Assembly (NCBI GenBank): GCA_965218425.1
Contig: OZ244621.1
Coordinates: forward strand, 4,064,001 to 4,128,000
Direction of reading: 5' to 3'
Length of the DNA: 64,000 nucleotides
DNA from: an uncultured Candidatus Binatia bacterium
GTDB lineage: Bacteria > Desulfobacterota > Binatia > UBA9968 > CAXXLF01
This document shows positions 30,677-40,420 of the stretch, piece by piece. A model generated the notes under the pieces. That model was not told where the DNA came from, made no database searches, and worked only from the letters and a program-made list of their open reading frames with translations. Made by a program: the position numbers and the translations under genes. Numbering within the stretch: the stretch's first letter is position 1; every line of letters begins with the position of its first letter.

Positions 30677-32911
30677 CTAGTCCATTGACTTGAAGATCTT
30701 TTCAGCCGTAATGGGCAACTCGAAGAGACGCACACCGATGGCATCGTCCACCGCATTGGCAATGGCCGCCGGCGGGCTAACGTTGGTATGCTCGCCAATG
30801 CCTTTCGCATCGTAAGGACCAGGTCCCCCGTCCGATTGGATCAATACTGTCTTGAGCCTTGGAACATCGGCGATATTCGGGATCTTGTACTCCCCAAGAT
30901 TCTGGGTAGTGATCTTACCGTTATCGTCCACCAATTCCTCCATCAAGGCAGTGCCGATAGCCATCACCGCACCCCCATCAATCTGGCCCTGATGGCCAAG
31001 GGGGTTAATAATGGTCCCCACGTCATGCGCGGTGACAAATCGATGGAGCCGCACTTTTCCCGTTTCCGGATCCACCTCCACCTCCGCCACCTGCGCAACA
31101 AATGAGGTGGAATTTCCCCTCCTCGGAACCTCCAGCTCTACATTGATGGTGACAGGGCCATTTGCTGCTGTGACGACTTCACCAAGCCCGAGCACCCTGC
31201 GGCGGTTCCCCTTGCTCGAATACTGACCCCCTTTATAAATGACTTCCTCCTTGGAACATTGAAGCATCTGAGCTGCTTGGGCGAGCAATTTCTCTCTCAG
31301 CTGTCCACATGCCTCAATCACCGCATGGCCGCCGATATTGGTTGAACGGCTTCCACCGAAGCCGATATCCACACTGTAAGGCACATCTGCTGTGTTGCCG
31401 ATTCGACAGGCCACACGATTCACAGGCACCTGCATTTCCGATGCGACGGTTTGGCATAAGATATTTCGCAAACCGGTTCCCTGATCTCCGCTAACGGTGA
31501 AAACAGTGAGGGTTCCGTCCAGTTCTGCGGTGAGTAGGATCCAGCCTTTGCCGGCCCCCGTACCCCGCTCGTACATTGCGACGCCACGGCCAAAATTAGG
31601 TCCAGGCTTACGCTTATTCCATCCCGCCGCATCCAGGGCCGCCTGTAACGTCTCACGGGCCTTGACTCCACGCCAGGGGCGGCCCAAGGCGTTTTCATCT
31701 CCCTCACCCACCAAATTTTTCATTCGAAACTCAACCGGGTCCATACCAAGCTCTTTGGCCAACAGGTCCATGTGAGATTCCACGGCAAACATGGCATGGA
31801 TCGCCCCCGGTGCCCGCCAAAAACCGCAGGGCACCGTGTTCGTGTAGACCTGGAATGCTTCCATGGAGGTATTTTCAATTCGATAGGGTCCCGCCGACCC
31901 CGCGCCGCCGATACTGCCGCTGCCGGGTTTCTGTCCCGCGTAGGCGCCGGTACCATGCACTGCTTTGAGATACCGGGCCATCATCCTTCCGTCTCGTTTG
32001 ACTCCCGTACGCACGGTAATCACCGAATAGTGGTCCGGATTGGAAGCAGTCAGCTCCTCGGTATGGCTCAGCACGATCCGAACCGGTTGCTTCGCCTCTT
32101 TAGCGAGGAAATAGGCGATGGGAAGATCTCCGGCTCCGCTCTTGCCACCAAAGTCGCCTCCCACGTTGACCGCATGGACTTGAACGCGCTCGGGGCTTAC
32201 TCCAATGGTTTTGGCAAACTGGGCCCGGGTACCGAAAGGCCCCTTGGTCGAAGACCACGAAAGGATCTGCCCGTCTTCTTCAATGGCCACCAGGAACGCC
32301 TGGGGCTCGATGTAGCCTTGATGATGAATGGGGACACGAAAGGTGTGTTCGATCACCAAATCCGATTCGCTAAATCCTTTTTCTACCTCACCCCTACCCC
32401 ATGAGTTACGGTTCGCTACGTTTGGCACATCCTTGACCACGGCTTCCTGCCTTACCCCTTCATAGGAGGATGGGTCATCATGGACTAATGGGGCGCCGGC
32501 CTGCATGGCCACCAATGGATCGTATACCGCCGGAAGTTCCTCGTATTCCACGTCGATGAGGTTCACCGCTTCCTCCGCCGCCTCGCGGGTCTCGGCGGCA
32601 ACGGCCGCCACCCGGTCCCCGATGAATCGCACCTTGTCCCAACAGAGGGCCGGGATGTCCTTAATGGCCTTACCCTGATAGTGGCCAGGGTAATCTTTTC
32701 CTGTAACTACGGCTTTTACGCCCGGTACCTCCTGGGCCTTGCCGGTATCAACGCTCACAATGCGGGCATGTGCATAGGGACTCCGAAGGATCTTTCCCCA
32801 CAGGGCCCCTGGATACGGAACGTCGGCGGCGTACTTAGCCTGACCGCTCACCTTCTCGACCCCTTCCACCCGTCCTACACTCGCACCGATGACTGATTGC
32901 GCCTTCGCCAT
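30677..32911 (-). CDS. Xanthine dehydrogenase/aldehyde oxidase family molybdopterin-binding subunit
   Basis: RSPYAHARI, VGGDFGGK, RAPG, GQIDGG and AKGIGE (catalytic Glu); AAAGGAG RBS. Confidence 0.93.
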   Translation of the reverse strand: MAKAQSVIGASVGRVEGVEKVSGQAKYAADVPYPGALWGKILRSPYAHARIVSVDTGKAQEVPGVKAVVTGKDYPGHYQGKAIKDIPALCWDKVRFIGDRVAAVAAETREAAEEAVNLIDVEYEELPAVYDPLVAMQAGAPLVHDDPSSYEGVRQEAVVKDVPNVANRNSWGRGEVEKGFSESDLVIEHTFRVPIHHQGYIEPQAFLVAIEEDGQILSWSSTKGPFGTRAQFAKTIGVSPERVQVHAVNVGGDFGGKSGAGDLPIAYFLAKEAKQPVRIVLSHTEELTASNPDHYSVITVRTGVKRDGRMMARYLKAVHGTGAYAGQKPGSGSIGGAGSAGPYRIENTSMEAFQVYTNTVPCGFWRAPGAIHAMFAVESHMDLLAKELGMDPVEFRMKNLVGEGDENALGRPWRGVKARETLQAALDAAGWNKRKPGPNFGRGVAMYERGTGAGKGWILLTAELDGTLTVFTVSGDQGTGLRNILCQTVASEMQVPVNRVACRIGNTADVPYSVDIGFGGSRSTNIGGHAVIEACGQLREKLLAQAAQMLQCSKEEVIYKGGQYSSKGNRRRVLGLGEVVTAANGPVTINVELEVPRRGNSTSFVAQVAEVEVDPETGKVRLHRFVTAHDVGTIINPLGHQGQIDGGAVMAIGTALMEELVDDNGKITTQNLGEYKIPNIADVPRLKTVLIQSDGGPGPYDAKGIGEHTNVSPPAAIANAVDDAIGVRLFELPITAEKIFKSMD

Positions 32912-33254
32912 GTAAGGTCTCCTTTCGCTCATCCTGCTTTGGTAAATGATCCGTCTACCCTCGCACGTTTATCCATAGTGAACGCTCGGGGGCCAAACTG
33001 GTTTGGAATATATAGCTTTAATCCCTACCGGTGGGCAACAGACAAATCCAGGGTCGGGCGCATAACGCGAGTGGCCCTTTTTGAGATTCGGTCCATGGTT
33101 CGATCAGCAACGCACTCAAAATGGTCGTCACCACGAGTAGCCCGAACAGTCGCCAGGGCATTTCCTTAGAACTCTGGCTGCAGTCACGAATCGCTCCACC
33201 CAGGACTGGCACCAAGACGCTCCCCCCATTTAAAGAAAGCTCAGGTTTCCCCGC

Positions 33255-33794
33255 TCAGAAAGTCTGTGTGGCGTCCGGAAGTCTAACGTCAAACCCGTTT
33301 ATGACTAAACCGATGAGGCTATAGTGGCCCGTGAGGGTGATGGTCTCCAAGAACTGCTGACGGCCCAGTTCCGTCATTCCTTGGTTGTATAGCTCATCGG
33401 ACAAAGACCGGGCACGCAGCAGGCTCCGCACGATCTCCACGAACAAACGTTCCCGAGGCATTAATGGCGCTAACTCACTTTTGGTACGGACGACTTCGAT
33501 GGCCTCCTTACGCGTGCCAACCTGGAGTCCCCTGGCCTCGTGCCTTGCCCATGCGAAGTGCGCCTCCATCTCACGGGCGGTAGCCAGGATCACCAGTTCA
33601 CGGTCCGCCGCGGGTAGTGCCGCGTTGAAACGGAAGTAATCTTCCAAATTCGCCACGCGTTCAGCGAGGCTTGGCACGTGCATCAAAACCCCATAAGGCC
33701 CACGCACTCCGGGACGGACCTCCGCGATGCGGTCCCAAACCGCCTGACCCTCCGGGGAAAGCGACTCTCGGTTAACACCTGGTAGTCGGCTCAT
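33255..33794 (-). CDS. Carboxymuconolactone decarboxylase/AhpD-like protein lacking CxxC
   Basis: GPYGVLMH.P, DRELVILATARE...FAWARH and TGHY motifs. Confidence 0.8.
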   Translation of the reverse strand: MSRLPGVNRESLSPEGQAVWDRIAEVRPGVRGPYGVLMHVPSLAERVANLEDYFRFNAALPAADRELVILATAREMEAHFAWARHEARGLQVGTRKEAIEVVRTKSELAPLMPRERLFVEIVRSLLRARSLSDELYNQGMTELGRQQFLETITLTGHYSLIGLVINGFDVRLPDATQTF

Positions 33795-33934
33795 GGCTCC
33801 TCCAATGTGGGTAAAGATTCTATCATTTCATTCTCACCGCCGAACGCCTCACTATATCTCTCTACGAATCTATGTGTAAACCCCGTCCCCGGTAAGAACG
33901 ATGACGGTTGGCGGGCGACCATTGCAGGCTTCAA

Positions 33935-34022
33935 TAGGATTTGGGATTTTAATTCGGACGCGTCATGGCGCGAAAAACTTGGTTGAAGTTGTTCTGTCGA
34001 TCATGCTATCGGGAAGGATCTA
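33935..34022 (+). repeat. Repeat family 2, 3' half copy
   Basis: GGATTTTAATT...GCGTCATGGCGCGAAAAACTTGGTTGAAGTTGTTCT matches 56877-56950. Confidence 0.65.
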
Positions 34023-34096
34023 GGGCTTGTGGCGTATTACCACGGCCGCAAACAACGGCCAATAAAGCCATCAACCCTTAAAGACTCTTTCGCGCG

Positions 34097-35026
34097 CTAG
34101 GCCCCTTGGTGCGCTTGGGTCTGTCTCACCAGTCGATCCGCGGCTGTATCTTTGTTCAGCAAGTCCCAACTGATCATCCACTGACGGGTCCTCTCCAACT
34201 CCTCGGGGGGGATTGGGCCTGGCTCAACCACCTGGAGCCTGCTCAAGTTAAAATCGTCAATGGTAAGGGCCGCCACCGCGGGGTCGGACTTGTGGTATTT
34301 GATAAAGTACTGGATGTACTTTCGTTTGTTGGCCTGAATACGGTGCACCGCTTCTCTGATCGCCCGGGTGAAACGAGCATAGTTGTCCTCGTCCAGGTCG
34401 TCGGTAGCCACCTCCGTACCGTGGTAAGGGGCAAGACAAAGAATCCTGCAGCCTGCCTTTTCAGCCACCGTGATATAGGGTTCGTAGACAACGGTTGCGT
34501 CAACTTCGCGATTCATGAGCGAGCGGTAGATATTGACCGAGCCGTTGGGACCCAAACAGGTCTTGATCATGTTACGCGGCAAGAACCCCTCCATCATCAG
34601 GAGGCCCAGATAGTGGGTCCCGGCAAAGTACGGCAAGGCAACTAACTTGTTAGCCAATTGTTGAGGGGTATAGACCGACGACCAGGGAGGCACGATGAGT
34701 GCCCCGTAAGCGATGATTGAACGCCTGCCTAGCTGTCGGGCCCCTTCTCCGCTCTCCTGCACCCGCTTGTAATTGCCCCACTCGCACGCGTTATACATGC
34801 TCGCCTTGACTGTATCATCGGATTCGAGGCTGCTTCCGTGGCTCAGGAAAGGGTTAAGGCCGATCCAGCTTGTAACGCTAGTGTCGGTTTTCTTGGGGGC
34901 CTCTTGACCACGTTTTACCCACTGAACATCCAACCCCTCTGCGGTAAAAAGACCTTCGTCGTAAGCCACCAACTCTGGCAACCCCTGGAAGGGGGTGGTT
35001 GATTCAAGACGGAGTTTCTTATCCAT
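34097..35026 (-). CDS. Periplasmic-binding-fold protein, no signal peptide
   Basis: LVAYDEGLFTAEGLDV, TPQQLANK, GTHY and EVDATVVYEPY. Confidence 0.72.
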   Translation of the reverse strand: MDKKLRLESTTPFQGLPELVAYDEGLFTAEGLDVQWVKRGQEAPKKTDTSVTSWIGLNPFLSHGSSLESDDTVKASMYNACEWGNYKRVQESGEGARQLGRRSIIAYGALIVPPWSSVYTPQQLANKLVALPYFAGTHYLGLLMMEGFLPRNMIKTCLGPNGSVNIYRSLMNREVDATVVYEPYITVAEKAGCRILCLAPYHGTEVATDDLDEDNYARFTRAIREAVHRIQANKRKYIQYFIKYHKSDPAVAALTIDDFNLSRLQVVEPGPIPPEELERTRQWMISWDLLNKDTAADRLVRQTQAHQGA

Positions 35027-35109
35027 GGCTTCATCCTTTCCTATTATTGGAAGCTGACAGCAAAATATCAGATCCGCCCATAGGGGTCAACGCGGGAATG
35101 GAAAACGTA

Positions 35110-35465
35110 ACGGCCTATCGGCTCCCGCTGAAGGGCGGGCCCCTGAGCGCAGCAGTCCACTCTCCCGCCAATATCGGTAGAGCAACCTTCCAAAGCTTAC
35201 CTTCTCCTCGGGGATCGAGTCTTCAAGCCGCGGGCAACAGGCCAGTGAATATCTGAACCTGAACGTTCGACGCCCGCGCCCTCCTGTCTCACTCCCCTTC
35301 GTCGCTTTACCGGCTTGGGGCGCAGGGCGCCACGCCCAGAATGAGCAATGAGTAACGAGTGCTGAGTGGGGAATCGCTCGGTATGTAATCCCAACTTGCT
35401 GATAGCTGAGTGTTGTTAGCTAACCGTTGGGCTCCTCCGAAAGGCGGGCCCCCGAGCCCAGCGCC
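35110..35465 (+). repeat. Repeat family 1: segment A copy (35180-35335) flanked by two segment C fragments
   Basis: GTGAATATCTGAACCTGAACGTTC shared exactly with 45811-45834; CGGCTCCCGCTGAAGGGCGGGCCCCTGAGC at 35119. Confidence 0.8.
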
Positions 35466-35473
35466 GGGTGGTC

Positions 35474-36697
35474 TTAAGCCGCGTGACCCGTGAAAACCAG
35501 ACCCGGCGGACGGCTGCCGAGCCGCCTTGGACCGTCCTCGGACAGCACCACTGTGTCACCCCACGCACCGTTATAGCGTCGACCGTCGGCATCGAAGCTC
35601 AGGCTCGGCTTGAAGATGAATACCCAACCTGACGCGAGAATCTGATTTAATGTCGCCTCATCCGCGTGACCTGTGACGAGAGGGCCATCGGAACCCAGCC
35701 CGCGACCGTGCATCATGAGCTGCCCCTGGCTACTCCCGTATCTGGACCAGGTGGGAAGGAGTTTAGCGGCCTTGGACACGCAAATAGCATCCATCTCGCG
35801 GACTGTCATGCCCACTCGAAGGGCCTCGAAGCAACGCTGCCAGTATTCCGAGTGCATCGCATAGAGATCTTTATAAACGGGGTCGCAGTCCTCCACGGCG
35901 AAGGGCTGCACCCCTTGGGCATGATAACCGCCATAGGCGGCCTCGATCTCGTTAACCATCACGTAGCCTCGCTCCAGGGTGCCGTGGCTGGCCCGGGTAA
36001 GGGTGTGTGGATGGAGTCCGCTTCCCCAATGATTGTGGAAGGGGAGTTCACTCCCACCCATGACGATCTCGCTGATGGATGCACCCCAGGCTTCGTAATC
36101 CTTGGTCCCGGGCCGCGCCACCTGCTGCACGCGGCGGATGGCCCGTTCAACGAGTTCTGTACTCTTGGAAAGAAAGACAATTTCCTCCGCGCTCTTGATA
36201 ATGCGCAGGGATTGGAGCTGCTCGGTGAAGTCCACCCACTCCACGTCCGGGAAAGCATCGCTCAACGCACGCATGAAACCGTGCAGGACGATGCCCTCAG
36301 GAGCCCGCACGTAGTTGTGAAGCCCGATGACGCCCACGCGTCTACGGGGCAGTGGCACTTCACGCAGTTTACCCACCACCCCTGCACCGTAGGCGCGGCG
36401 CGCTTCGCGAAGATCCGTCACCCAATCCTGTACGTGGCGCCACCGCTCGCAACTGGTGGCCACTGCCGCCACCTCTCCGTGAAGGGGAAAGACACAGGCG
36501 ATATCGGCATCGCCCCCGCCCCCCACATGGGAAAGATAACGAGCCTCCGCCTGGAAGTGTGTGGAATGGCCGGTGTTGTTCGGCGCAATGAGACAGTCAA
36601 TGTTTTCCCTCTCCATGACCTGACGTACAGCGGTCCACCGCCGCTCCCGCTCGGCATGAGTGAAACGAGGCTGGTCGTAGAGTTGTTCTTTGCCCAT
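35474..36697 (-). CDS. M24 (pita-bread) family hydrolase, creatinase/ectoine-hydrolase-like
   Basis: Creatinase_N-like ERERRWTAVRQVM, RIIKSAEEI, HGRGL and GDTV; AAGGAGG RBS before ATG 36697. Confidence 0.8.
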   Translation of the reverse strand: MGKEQLYDQPRFTHAERERRWTAVRQVMERENIDCLIAPNNTGHSTHFQAEARYLSHVGGGGDADIACVFPLHGEVAAVATSCERWRHVQDWVTDLREARRAYGAGVVGKLREVPLPRRRVGVIGLHNYVRAPEGIVLHGFMRALSDAFPDVEWVDFTEQLQSLRIIKSAEEIVFLSKSTELVERAIRRVQQVARPGTKDYEAWGASISEIVMGGSELPFHNHWGSGLHPHTLTRASHGTLERGYVMVNEIEAAYGGYHAQGVQPFAVEDCDPVYKDLYAMHSEYWQRCFEALRVGMTVREMDAICVSKAAKLLPTWSRYGSSQGQLMMHGRGLGSDGPLVTGHADEATLNQILASGWVFIFKPSLSFDADGRRYNGAWGDTVVLSEDGPRRLGSRPPGLVFTGHAA

Positions 36698-36880
36698 GGT
36701 ATATGTTCCTCCTTGCGAGATAGCCAAATCCAATCGTGGTCGATTTTCAGGCAAGCGGAAGTGTAGTCCGGTTGGCCCGACCTCGCAAGAGAATGAAAGG
36801 AGAGGACATTAAGACTTCGAAACTCAAGATTTTTTATGGGTCATTGTTTTTCCCTACCCCATGGATTAGCATACCTGTAG

Positions 36881-37693
36881 ATGGGCTCAGGGTGCAAAAG
36901 ATTTCTAGCCGCTTTTATTCTCCCAACCGTTTGGACTGCGGTCCTGCTGGTGGGAACTGCCCCTGCATGGGGCAAATGTCGGGATTTGAGGGTGGCCCGC
37001 TCACGTGGTTCCGTGGCATACGCGGCCCAGCCGGACGCAACTATTCAATATTTTGGCCACAATTTTTTTCTAATCACCACCAAAAAAGGTACGGCCATTG
37101 TCACCGACCCTTTGGGCCCCGGACGGTATCCCACTCCAATCATCGAGGGTGACGTCATTACCATCGGAAGAGAACACTACAACCACAATTTTGTCGAAAT
37201 TATTGGCGGCGACCCCCTGGTCCTTCGTGGCCTGTCCTCCAACGGATGGGGATGGAACAAGGTCAACACGAGTTTCAAGGACGTCTTTATCTACAATGTA
37301 CCCATCTATCACTACGCTGAAAGCGTTGACGCCATTAAAGGAGCTGCCTTCGTTTTTGACCTGGGGGAACTATGCATTGCCCACCTGGGCGACCTCAGCC
37401 AGAAACTGACCCCGGAGCAAGTTAAGATGCTTGGGAAAGTGGACGTGGCCCTAACGCCCATTGGCGGTTGGCGCACCATGGCACCAGACCTCGCACTCAA
37501 GGTATTGCAACAAATCAAGCCCAAGATCGTTATTCCGATGCATTACCGCGACCCCTACGTCATCGAGGAGTTTACCCAGGGACTGAGGGCCGAGTACCTG
37601 GACACGGACACGCTAATGGTCAGCAAGGACGCGTTGCCTTCCACCATGGAAATCAAGGTCCTGCAATTCGGTCAGGGAACCAGTTTCGAATAG
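36881..37693 (+). CDS. Exported MBL-fold metallo-hydrolase-like protein
   Basis: Signal peptide; YFGHNFF, VTDP, AHLGDL, PIGG and IPMHY. Confidence 0.82.
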   Translation: MGSGCKRFLAAFILPTVWTAVLLVGTAPAWGKCRDLRVARSRGSVAYAAQPDATIQYFGHNFFLITTKKGTAIVTDPLGPGRYPTPIIEGDVITIGREHYNHNFVEIIGGDPLVLRGLSSNGWGWNKVNTSFKDVFIYNVPIYHYAESVDAIKGAAFVFDLGELCIAHLGDLSQKLTPEQVKMLGKVDVALTPIGGWRTMAPDLALKVLQQIKPKIVIPMHYRDPYVIEEFTQGLRAEYLDTDTLMVSKDALPSTMEIKVLQFGQGTSFE

Positions 37694-37728
37694 ATCCGAT
37701 CGGATCGTACCCCGCGCCAATACGGTGG

Positions 37729-38721
37729 ATGATCACAGGTAGGTTCTTATTTTCTCCAGCTCAACTGCTTCTCTGTGCTGTACTGTTCGTTGGACCGAGG
37801 TGCGCGGCTTCAGATTGGGAAACCACGCATGGCCTCGGTTACCCGCTCACGGGGAAAATCTGGGATGTTTCCGCTGCCAGCTCCATTGATCGCACCGAGA
37901 TTGTGAGCCGCATGGCTCACGCCCGCTTCATACTCCTTGGCGAAAACCACGACAATCCCGACCACCACAGGTTACAGGCGGAGTTGCTCCGCGGGCTCGT
38001 TAACATTGGGCGCCGGCCTGCGGTTGGATTTGAAATGCTCGACCTCGACGACGAATTGGCCATTGCCAAATATTTGGCCCGGGCTCCAACTGACGCAACG
38101 GGCCTTGGCGACGCAGTGGGATGGAAGCGACGAGGTTGGCCGGACTGGAAGTATTATCAACCCATCGCTCAAGTTGCTCTCGAGGCCGGGTTGCCCGTTG
38201 TCGCAATGAACCTCCGCCGGTCCACTGCAAAGACCTTGCGCCGGGACGGCGTCGCGGGTCTCGATCGAGAGTTGGTCCGTCAGCTTGATCTCGACCGGCC
38301 CGTACCTCCAGATCAATGGAAAATAATGGCAGACGACCTACGCAAGGCCCATTGCGGCTATGCCCCTGAAGACCACCTGCAAACCATGATCATGATACAG
38401 CGAGCCCGAGACTCACGCATGGCAGATCGCATGATAACGGCTGGTGGCGCCGACGGATTGGTGCTGGTGGCTGGGGCCGGGCACGCTAGAATCGATTACG
38501 GAGTACCAACTCACCTACGGACAAAGGCAAGGGAACAGACCGTGGTCAGTCTTGCTTTTATGGAAGTCGAAGAGGGAAAAACCACCCCCAAGGCATATGC
38601 TTTAAGTCTCGGCCGCGACACGCTACCCTTTGACTACGTTTGGTTCACCCCGCGCCGCGTGAGAATGGACCCCTGCGATGAGTTCAAATCCCAGCTGGAG
38701 CGTTTGAAAAAGAAAGAGTAA
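37729..38721 (+). CDS. ChaN/PhuW-family (EreA/TIKI-like) exported protein
   Basis: LLGENHDNPDHH.LQ, GFEML, W...GWP.W..Y.P, HCG, QRARD..MA and AGAGHAR.DYGVP. Confidence 0.85.
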   Translation: MITGRFLFSPAQLLLCAVLFVGPRCAASDWETTHGLGYPLTGKIWDVSAASSIDRTEIVSRMAHARFILLGENHDNPDHHRLQAELLRGLVNIGRRPAVGFEMLDLDDELAIAKYLARAPTDATGLGDAVGWKRRGWPDWKYYQPIAQVALEAGLPVVAMNLRRSTAKTLRRDGVAGLDRELVRQLDLDRPVPPDQWKIMADDLRKAHCGYAPEDHLQTMIMIQRARDSRMADRMITAGGADGLVLVAGAGHARIDYGVPTHLRTKAREQTVVSLAFMEVEEGKTTPKAYALSLGRDTLPFDYVWFTPRRVRMDPCDEFKSQLERLKKKE

Positions 38722-38727
38722 GGCGAT

Positions 38728-39122
38728 GACTCGCGTTAAGACGCAAAGCGAGAACGGCAAAGCGCTAAGCGCGGGGCGCAAAGCGTCAAGAGCTATTAGC
38801 CGCAGATTTACCTAGGTGGACGCAGAAAGAAATCCCTTTAAGAATATTACCGCACAGGCGCCTATCGAGAACCTCGGGATGGTGAGCGGAGTTGAACCAC
38901 AGAGGGCGCAGAGAATTATCCTTTTTATTTGTCGGGAGACGACGACAAACAAAAACATTCTTCAAATCAAAGCTGTAGATTTTGCCCAATCGTCGTCGGT
39001 AAAAAGGGATTTCCTCAGCGTACTCTGCGTCTCTGCGGTGAGATGTCCGAATCCCTATCCACGAGAATCTGCGTTAATCTGCGGCCTATAACTCTTTGAG
39101 AGCTTAGCGTCCTGGCGCGACA
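38728..39122. repeat. Nested (four-layer) palindromic repeat cluster
   Basis: IR pairs 38731-49/39102-20, 38799-808/39076-85, 38900-13/39023-35, 38938-45/38990-97. Confidence 0.8.
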
Positions 39123-39148
39123 CACGTTTTTGAAGGGGGAGAACGATC

Positions 39149-40333
39149 ATGACTCAAACCTACGGTGTGATTTCCGGAGATAGCCACCTGGAAATACCCT
39201 ATGATTGGTGGACGCCGGGGGTCCCTGAGAAATACCGGGAACAGGCTCCACGGAGGATCCGGATGCCGGGTGGAGGCGATGGCTTTGTCGGCGAAGGATC
39301 ACCGGTTATTTTCGGGGGCACGGGACACTACGCCGGAAAGCTGCCCGAGAAGTTCAATCCCATGGTTGCTGAGGACATGGACAAGGCGGTGGGTTCCGGC
39401 TCACCCGTCCAACGTCTGAGGGAGCAGGATACCGACGGGGTGGACGCCGAGCTCCTGTTTCCCAGTAATACGGCCATGAAGGCCTGCCGCGGCATCCGAG
39501 ACGACCTTGCATTCAAAGCCGTGATCCATGCTTACAACGAGTACCTGGCGGAACAGTACTGCACCCAATCCCCGTACCGACTCCTGGGTGTCGGTGTGCT
39601 TCCCCTCCGTGGACTGGAGGGAGACATCCAGGAAATGGAGTACTGTAAAGCGGCAGGACTAGCCACAGTGGTGATGGGTCGTTACCCCGGTGGACAAACC
39701 TATCCTACTCGGGATGATGACCGTTTTTGGGCCGCAGCCATGGACCTGGACATGCCTCTTTCTATTCACACGTACCTGGGCGGGGTTCGTGGAGGCACGT
39801 TCCTCCCCTACCTCAAAAAACCTGAGGGGGAAATTCCCGACGATGATTTCTATCTGCGCATGTACCGGAACGCGAAGCCCCATACGGGTGGAGTCGAAGC
39901 CCTTCAAATGGTCATGGGCGGTGTCTTTCATCGTTTTCCCAAGCTCAGGTTTTACTGGGCGGAGAATAACGTGGGTTGGCTGCCTTACTACTACCAGCAT
40001 ATGGATTTGGAATGGGAACGGAATCATCACTGGGGTGAACGACTCTTCGGCGCCCTAGTCCTGGACCGACCTCCCAGTGAGTACATCAAGGAGCACGCCT
40101 ACTGGGGTTTCTTCGACGATACTGTGGGCATGAAGCTCCGCCATGAGGTTGGGGTGGACCGTATCATCTGGGGGAGCGACTTTCCCCACGTAGTGACCAC
40201 ATGGCCGCATTCACACGAGATCCTGGGGCGGCAGATGCGGTCGGCCTCAGACGAAGATAAACGAAAGATGACGTCCCAGAACCTGATAGACTTCTTGCAT
40301 CTCGACGCCGTGGCGAAAGCGCCAGAACTCTGA
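39149..40333 (+). CDS. Amidohydrolase_2 family
   Basis: ISGDSHLE, SIH, WAENNVGW and WGSDFPH. Confidence 0.88.
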   Translation: MTQTYGVISGDSHLEIPYDWWTPGVPEKYREQAPRRIRMPGGGDGFVGEGSPVIFGGTGHYAGKLPEKFNPMVAEDMDKAVGSGSPVQRLREQDTDGVDAELLFPSNTAMKACRGIRDDLAFKAVIHAYNEYLAEQYCTQSPYRLLGVGVLPLRGLEGDIQEMEYCKAAGLATVVMGRYPGGQTYPTRDDDRFWAAAMDLDMPLSIHTYLGGVRGGTFLPYLKKPEGEIPDDDFYLRMYRNAKPHTGGVEALQMVMGGVFHRFPKLRFYWAENNVGWLPYYYQHMDLEWERNHHWGERLFGALVLDRPPSEYIKEHAYWGFFDDTVGMKLRHEVGVDRIIWGSDFPHVVTTWPHSHEILGRQMRSASDEDKRKMTSQNLIDFLHLDAVAKAPEL

Positions 40334-40420
40334 ACAATGCAAAATTATAAAGTAAGACGGTATAACTTTTCTAGCTTACTTATTTTTCTTTTTCCCTTTT
40401 GCCTTTTTTGCCTCCCCTAC

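Noticed and set aside
33018..33161. 47-aa hydrophobic ORF (MPWRLFGLLVV...)
   Set aside because: Poorly spaced RBS and no family similarity; cannot be supported.
35197..35394. Similar short ORFs here and at 45709-45948 (ERSGSDIH)
   Set aside because: Similarity is explained by the DNA repeat; the third copy (41570-41680) does not keep the peptide.
35666..36766. 366-aa plus-strand ORF
   Set aside because: Antisense shadow of the M24-family gene in GC-rich sequence; no recognisable motifs.
38816..39091. ORFs within palindromic repeats (also 56713-57195 and 63086-63316)
   Set aside because: Translations of repeat DNA with no RBS or protein motifs.
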